A stretch of 64,000 nt of DNA from assembly GCF_009914755.1 (NCBI RefSeq), contig NC_060934.1; one strand, 5' to 3'. Positions 59,781 to 64,000 of the stretch are shown piece by piece. Source of the DNA: the human T2T-CHM13v2.0 reference genome, Homo sapiens. A model generated the notes under the pieces. That model made no database searches and was not told where the DNA came from. It worked only from the letters and a program-made list of their open reading frames with translations. The translations under genes and the position numbers were made by a program. Numbering within the stretch: the first letter of the stretch is position 1; every line of letters starts with the position of its first letter.

Positions 59781-60520
59781 AAGAAATCAAGCTGTGTTTT
59801 ATGTTTCAATTTCAAAAAATCTAACAATTTCATAGAAAAATCTGCATGCCTTTTTCTTTGGAGAAATCACAAAAGAACAGTCAGTACCGGGAGGTCTGCA
59901 AGGCAATCCACAGAGGCTGTTGAAGAATGGCATGGACTTTGCGTGGGCCTGAGTTCTGCATTCACAGTGGCTCCCATCCCAGTCCCCATCCTCATACATC
60001 CTGCTCACACACACTTGACTCTTCATGACACCTCCTTATACTATAAGCATTTGAGTTTGCATCTCCTAGGGAGATGGGAACTAATTGGTTAATTGTTATT
60101 TTAAGGGTTTTGCCTTGCCTTCAACAACCCTGGGTTCTTGGTGCATAGTTTGCCCTTTATCTCTTCAGTTAATGTTGCTAAGTCAAGATTTTTATTTGGC
60201 TGGGGGGACGGAAAGGAATGAGGGTATGAATCTATATTATTATAGATAGATTGCATTATATGACCCCATATATGACCCCAGCATCTTAGACCCTCCTTCT
60301 GCCACCTTCCCATGTGGCAGAGCCAAGACCCTTCTGCAGCTGGTCCTCACTTCTCTTTTTCCCTCTTGCCACATGCTCCTACAGCCTGGTGATCCCTGTC
60401 CCATCTCTTGCCAAATGTTTTGCTCTGAGCTAAGTGAGTAACTAAGTTTCAAAGGAAGCTACCATATTTAATACAGTGCATGAGGAAGACCAATTTCTGA
60501 TTTTTGCTTAGCCACAGTTT

Positions 60521-60796
60521 TCTTTTTCTTTTTTTTGTTTTAACCTTTAAAAAAAATGTGGTAAAATATATATAACATTTATCATTTAACCATTCAAAAG
60601 TATGGTTTAACCATTCATGAGAGGCATTAGATACATTCACAATACTGTGCAAACATCACCACTATCTATACCCAAAACTTTTTCATCATCAACAAAATCT
60701 CTATCCATTAAACAATAAGTCCCTCTTCTTTCTTCCTTCCCTCCCCAACATCCCCAGCCTTGGTAACCTGTATTCTACTTTCTGTCTCTATGAATT
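60521..60796 (-). mobile_element. L1MB-type 3' end
   Basis: 'tgtggtaaaatata...gcattagatacattcacaatactgtgc...ctactttctgtctctatgaatt'. Confidence 0.85.
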
Positions 60797-61704
60797 AGGA
60801 TGCTTTGAGTGTTCTGGGATCTGGTCCTCACTGTCAGCTAAACTCTCCAAGTAATCGTCACTGCAATATTATTTTTGTTTTGTTTTGTTTTTCTGGAGTT
60901 CTGAGAGTGAGGAATCCATTATCAATGACCTATAGCATGAACATTTTTGTGGGGGAATGTGTGTAAAGGTATATAGACATGAATATTTGATGATCTGACA
61001 TCCCACGGTTTAAACCTAGATGGGGCTTCTGTAAATATGAACTCAAGGCTTTAGGAGCCTCCCAAGATCTGACATTCCAAGAGTAGAGAAGAATGGAGAG
61101 ACACCCATGATGGAATTATCTGTTGCAGACAAGAACACAAAGATAGCTTTCTTCATTTAGAACTAACTTTGAGGACTTTACATAGACAGAAATGTTCTGT
61201 CTCCTTTTTTTTTTCCAGTTACAGGGAATGTTTTCCACTTGTGGTCCCTAAAAATGCAGAAATATCATAGGGAGTGAAAGTTACCTTGTTTCTTTAACTG
61301 CCGCAATCTGGCCTCACTCAACATGTAGCAAATGCCAGAATGATAGATGATAGATTATAGTGATGTCGCCCTAGGTTAACAGTCTTTCTAGGTAAGGTAC
61401 TTCTATATCTGAATTGAAAAGTAGGGCAGCTATTGCCTCAGATTTGGGATTTTAATTACATTGTTTCCACGTATGATATTCTTTCTAAGAATGTCTCTAG
61501 CACTTAGTCTCTGCTTTATACAATCTACCAGTTAATTATGTATTTATGATGTAAGTAATTTGGAGGCACAGAGAAAGGCAGTGGGGCCATTTCTCCGCAT
61601 GGTCTTGGTCTGGGTGCATGTGCCACATGATTCACATTATTTACATAAGGAATGGCTTTACTGATTTGAACTGGCTGAGTTTGCTTGCTTTTAAAACTGC
61701 AACA

Positions 61705-61855
61705 AGCCAGGTGCTGTGCCATGCACCTATAGTCCCAAATGCTAGAGAGGCTGAGGTAGGAGGATGGCTTGAGTCCAGGCGTTTTGAGTCTAGCCTGGGC
61801 GACATAGCTTGAGCCCATATCTAAAACCAAAAATAAGTGATAATAAATAAATAAA
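61705..61855 (+). mobile_element. FLAM-type free Alu monomer
   Basis: Single arm 'gccaggtgc...ggctgaggtaggaggatggcttgagtccagg...tagcctgggcgacatagc' with A-rich tail. Confidence 0.8.
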
Positions 61856-62781
61856 TTCAATTTAGATTTGGTTTCCAAGGTACAACTGTCAAACATCTTT
61901 TTAAATGCAAATATTTCATGTTTCATTTTAACCTAAGGTTGTGTCATCCATTTAAAATACTTTACAGAAATTGGCCTAACTGCTTATGTGTACTGCTTGA
62001 TTTGCTTTCCTCTTTGTTGTTGTAAGAAAAATGTCCCACTCACTAGTCTGGATTACTCTGTTGCAAAATTAAGGGATCTGAAACATCTCAAGCTTTAAAA
62101 ATGTTTGAGCATAGCTTCTCACTAAAATAATGAGCCCTGTGTATCTATTGCACCGTAATCTCTAATATTTAAAATGATAAAGGACTTCTAGTTCAAACCC
62201 ATTATTTTCAATTGAGAAAATTAAAGTCCACTGAGGTGTAGTCAATTGCCAGCTAGTGAGTCAAGGAAGTGTTAAGGTTATCGTCTTATGCTAGATAGAG
62301 CCTGGGAAAGGAGGTGGGTCTTGGAAATTTGCGGTTCATAACAGGGTTGTCTGTGGGGCTGGCAGAAAGGTAGAATATGACTCTGTGGATAGAGATCAGG
62401 GAAAAAATAAAGACTGCAGATTTGGGGCTGTATCCATGTATAGGAAACATGAGCCTGACAAAAAATAGAGATGCAGAATGAGGGAAGGTGTGGTCACTTC
62501 TGTAAAAATCTTTCAAACACTGATTTTTGAACAATTCATTGCTCTTCTGCAGTTGAAAGAATCCCAAAGGAATGACACCTGAATGGAAAACCTCCAAAGA
62601 TCCCTTCTGGTTGGAGGCCCTGGGTCTCCAATTGACCCTTCAAATATATTATTCTGTTCTTTTGTGCATTTCTCTTTTTATTGCAAAGAAAGAAAATTAA
62701 AACTATCATGAATGTATTTAAAAATTTTATTAGTCTGAACATGACCACTTTATTGATTACTTTATTGATTATGACATTCTT

Positions 62782-62936
62782 TTTTTTTTTCAGACGGGGT
62801 CTTGCTTTGTCACCAGGCTAGGGTGCAGTGGTACAATCATAGCTCACACTGTCTCTCAAATTCCTGGACTCAAGCGATCCTCCCTCCATAGCCTCCCAAA
62901 GTACTGGGATTACGAGTGTGAGCCACCATACCTGGC
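62782..62936 (-). mobile_element. Monomeric Alu (left-arm 5' end joined to right-arm 3' end; AluJ recombinant or FRAM)
   Basis: TSD tgattatgacattctt (62766-62781) / tgattatgaaactctt (62937-62952). Confidence 0.85.
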
Positions 62937-63430
62937 TGATTATGAAACTCTTAAATACCACTCACACACATGACTTAAGGCTATTTTTGATGATGTACAG
63001 TAGCACTGTATCCATTCCTGGACACCAGTCTTTGAAGAGTGTTTGGCTCTGTCCCATATATACCTATTGATACAATGTTTTGAGTGTTTATTTATGATAT
63101 AAATATATTTATAATTTTATAAGTAATATACATAATTGCTATAATATTAAGTATCATGTACATTATAGGGAGGAGTCTCAGAAGTAATTTAAGGAAGATG
63201 TATTTGTTTGTCTCCAGCCTGAGTGGTGCAACTACATGAGCTTACAGCATTCCTTGAATTACAGATGGCTCATACCTGGGGATACAGATTAGCCTTTCCT
63301 CCTGTGAACTGAAGGCTTCCATTTGTCTAGGTACTGGGTAGAGATAATTTTAGTGTCTCTTTGAGGAATATTATCTTTAGCAAACTTGTTTTCTCTCTTA
63401 CAACCTCTCCTTTACACCATTTGTTAATTT

Positions 63431-63745
<315 letters not shown>

Positions 63746-63776
63746 ACCATTTGTTAATTTAAAATGACACATTTAT

Positions 63777-64000
63777 GGCTGGGTGTGGTGGCTCACGCCT
63801 GTAATCACAGCACTTCGGGAGGCTGAGGCGGGCGGATTATCTGAGGTTGGGAGTTCGAGACCAGCCTGGCCAACATGGCGAAATCCCATCTCTACTAAAA
63901 ATACAAAAATTAGCTGGGTGTGGTGGCGTGTGCCTGTAGTCCCAGCTACTCAGGAGGCTGAGGCAGGAGAATTGCTTGAACCTGGGAGGCAGAGGTTGCA
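63777..64000 (+). mobile_element. AluS (Sq/Sx-like), runs off the window end
   Basis: 'ggctgggtgtggtggctcacgcctgtaatc...'. Confidence 0.95.

Overview
This is AT-rich primate (human/ape-type) nuclear DNA dominated by interspersed repeats. I see no host protein-coding gene, tRNA/rRNA gene, CpG island or CRISPR array. All recognisable long ORFs come from LINE-1; the rest are Alu, microsatellite or chance ORFs. The main structure is a 4.5-kb L1PA3-like element (24387-28896). It is 5'-truncated, 5'-inverted (twin-priming geometry, 5-bp junction microhomology) and inserted near the end of a MER6 Tigger-type DNA transposon. Other nested insertions are an internally deleted L1MA splitting a MER33, an MST LTR and an Alu in MIRs, and Alus in L2 and L1MC. 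Smaller items include a MADE1 hairpin (the miR-548 source family), a head-to-head Alu pair 31 bp apart, a recombinant Alu monomer, short perfect hairpins and tandem duplications, and two candidate cryptic exons, one of them a 24-nt microexon-like unit. L1 copies are mostly on the minus strand, consistent with a long intron of a plus-strand transcript (inference). I found no convincing new biological system. Repeat subfamily names come from recalled consensus sequences and need RepeatMasker/Dfam confirmation; boundaries of old repeats are approximate.
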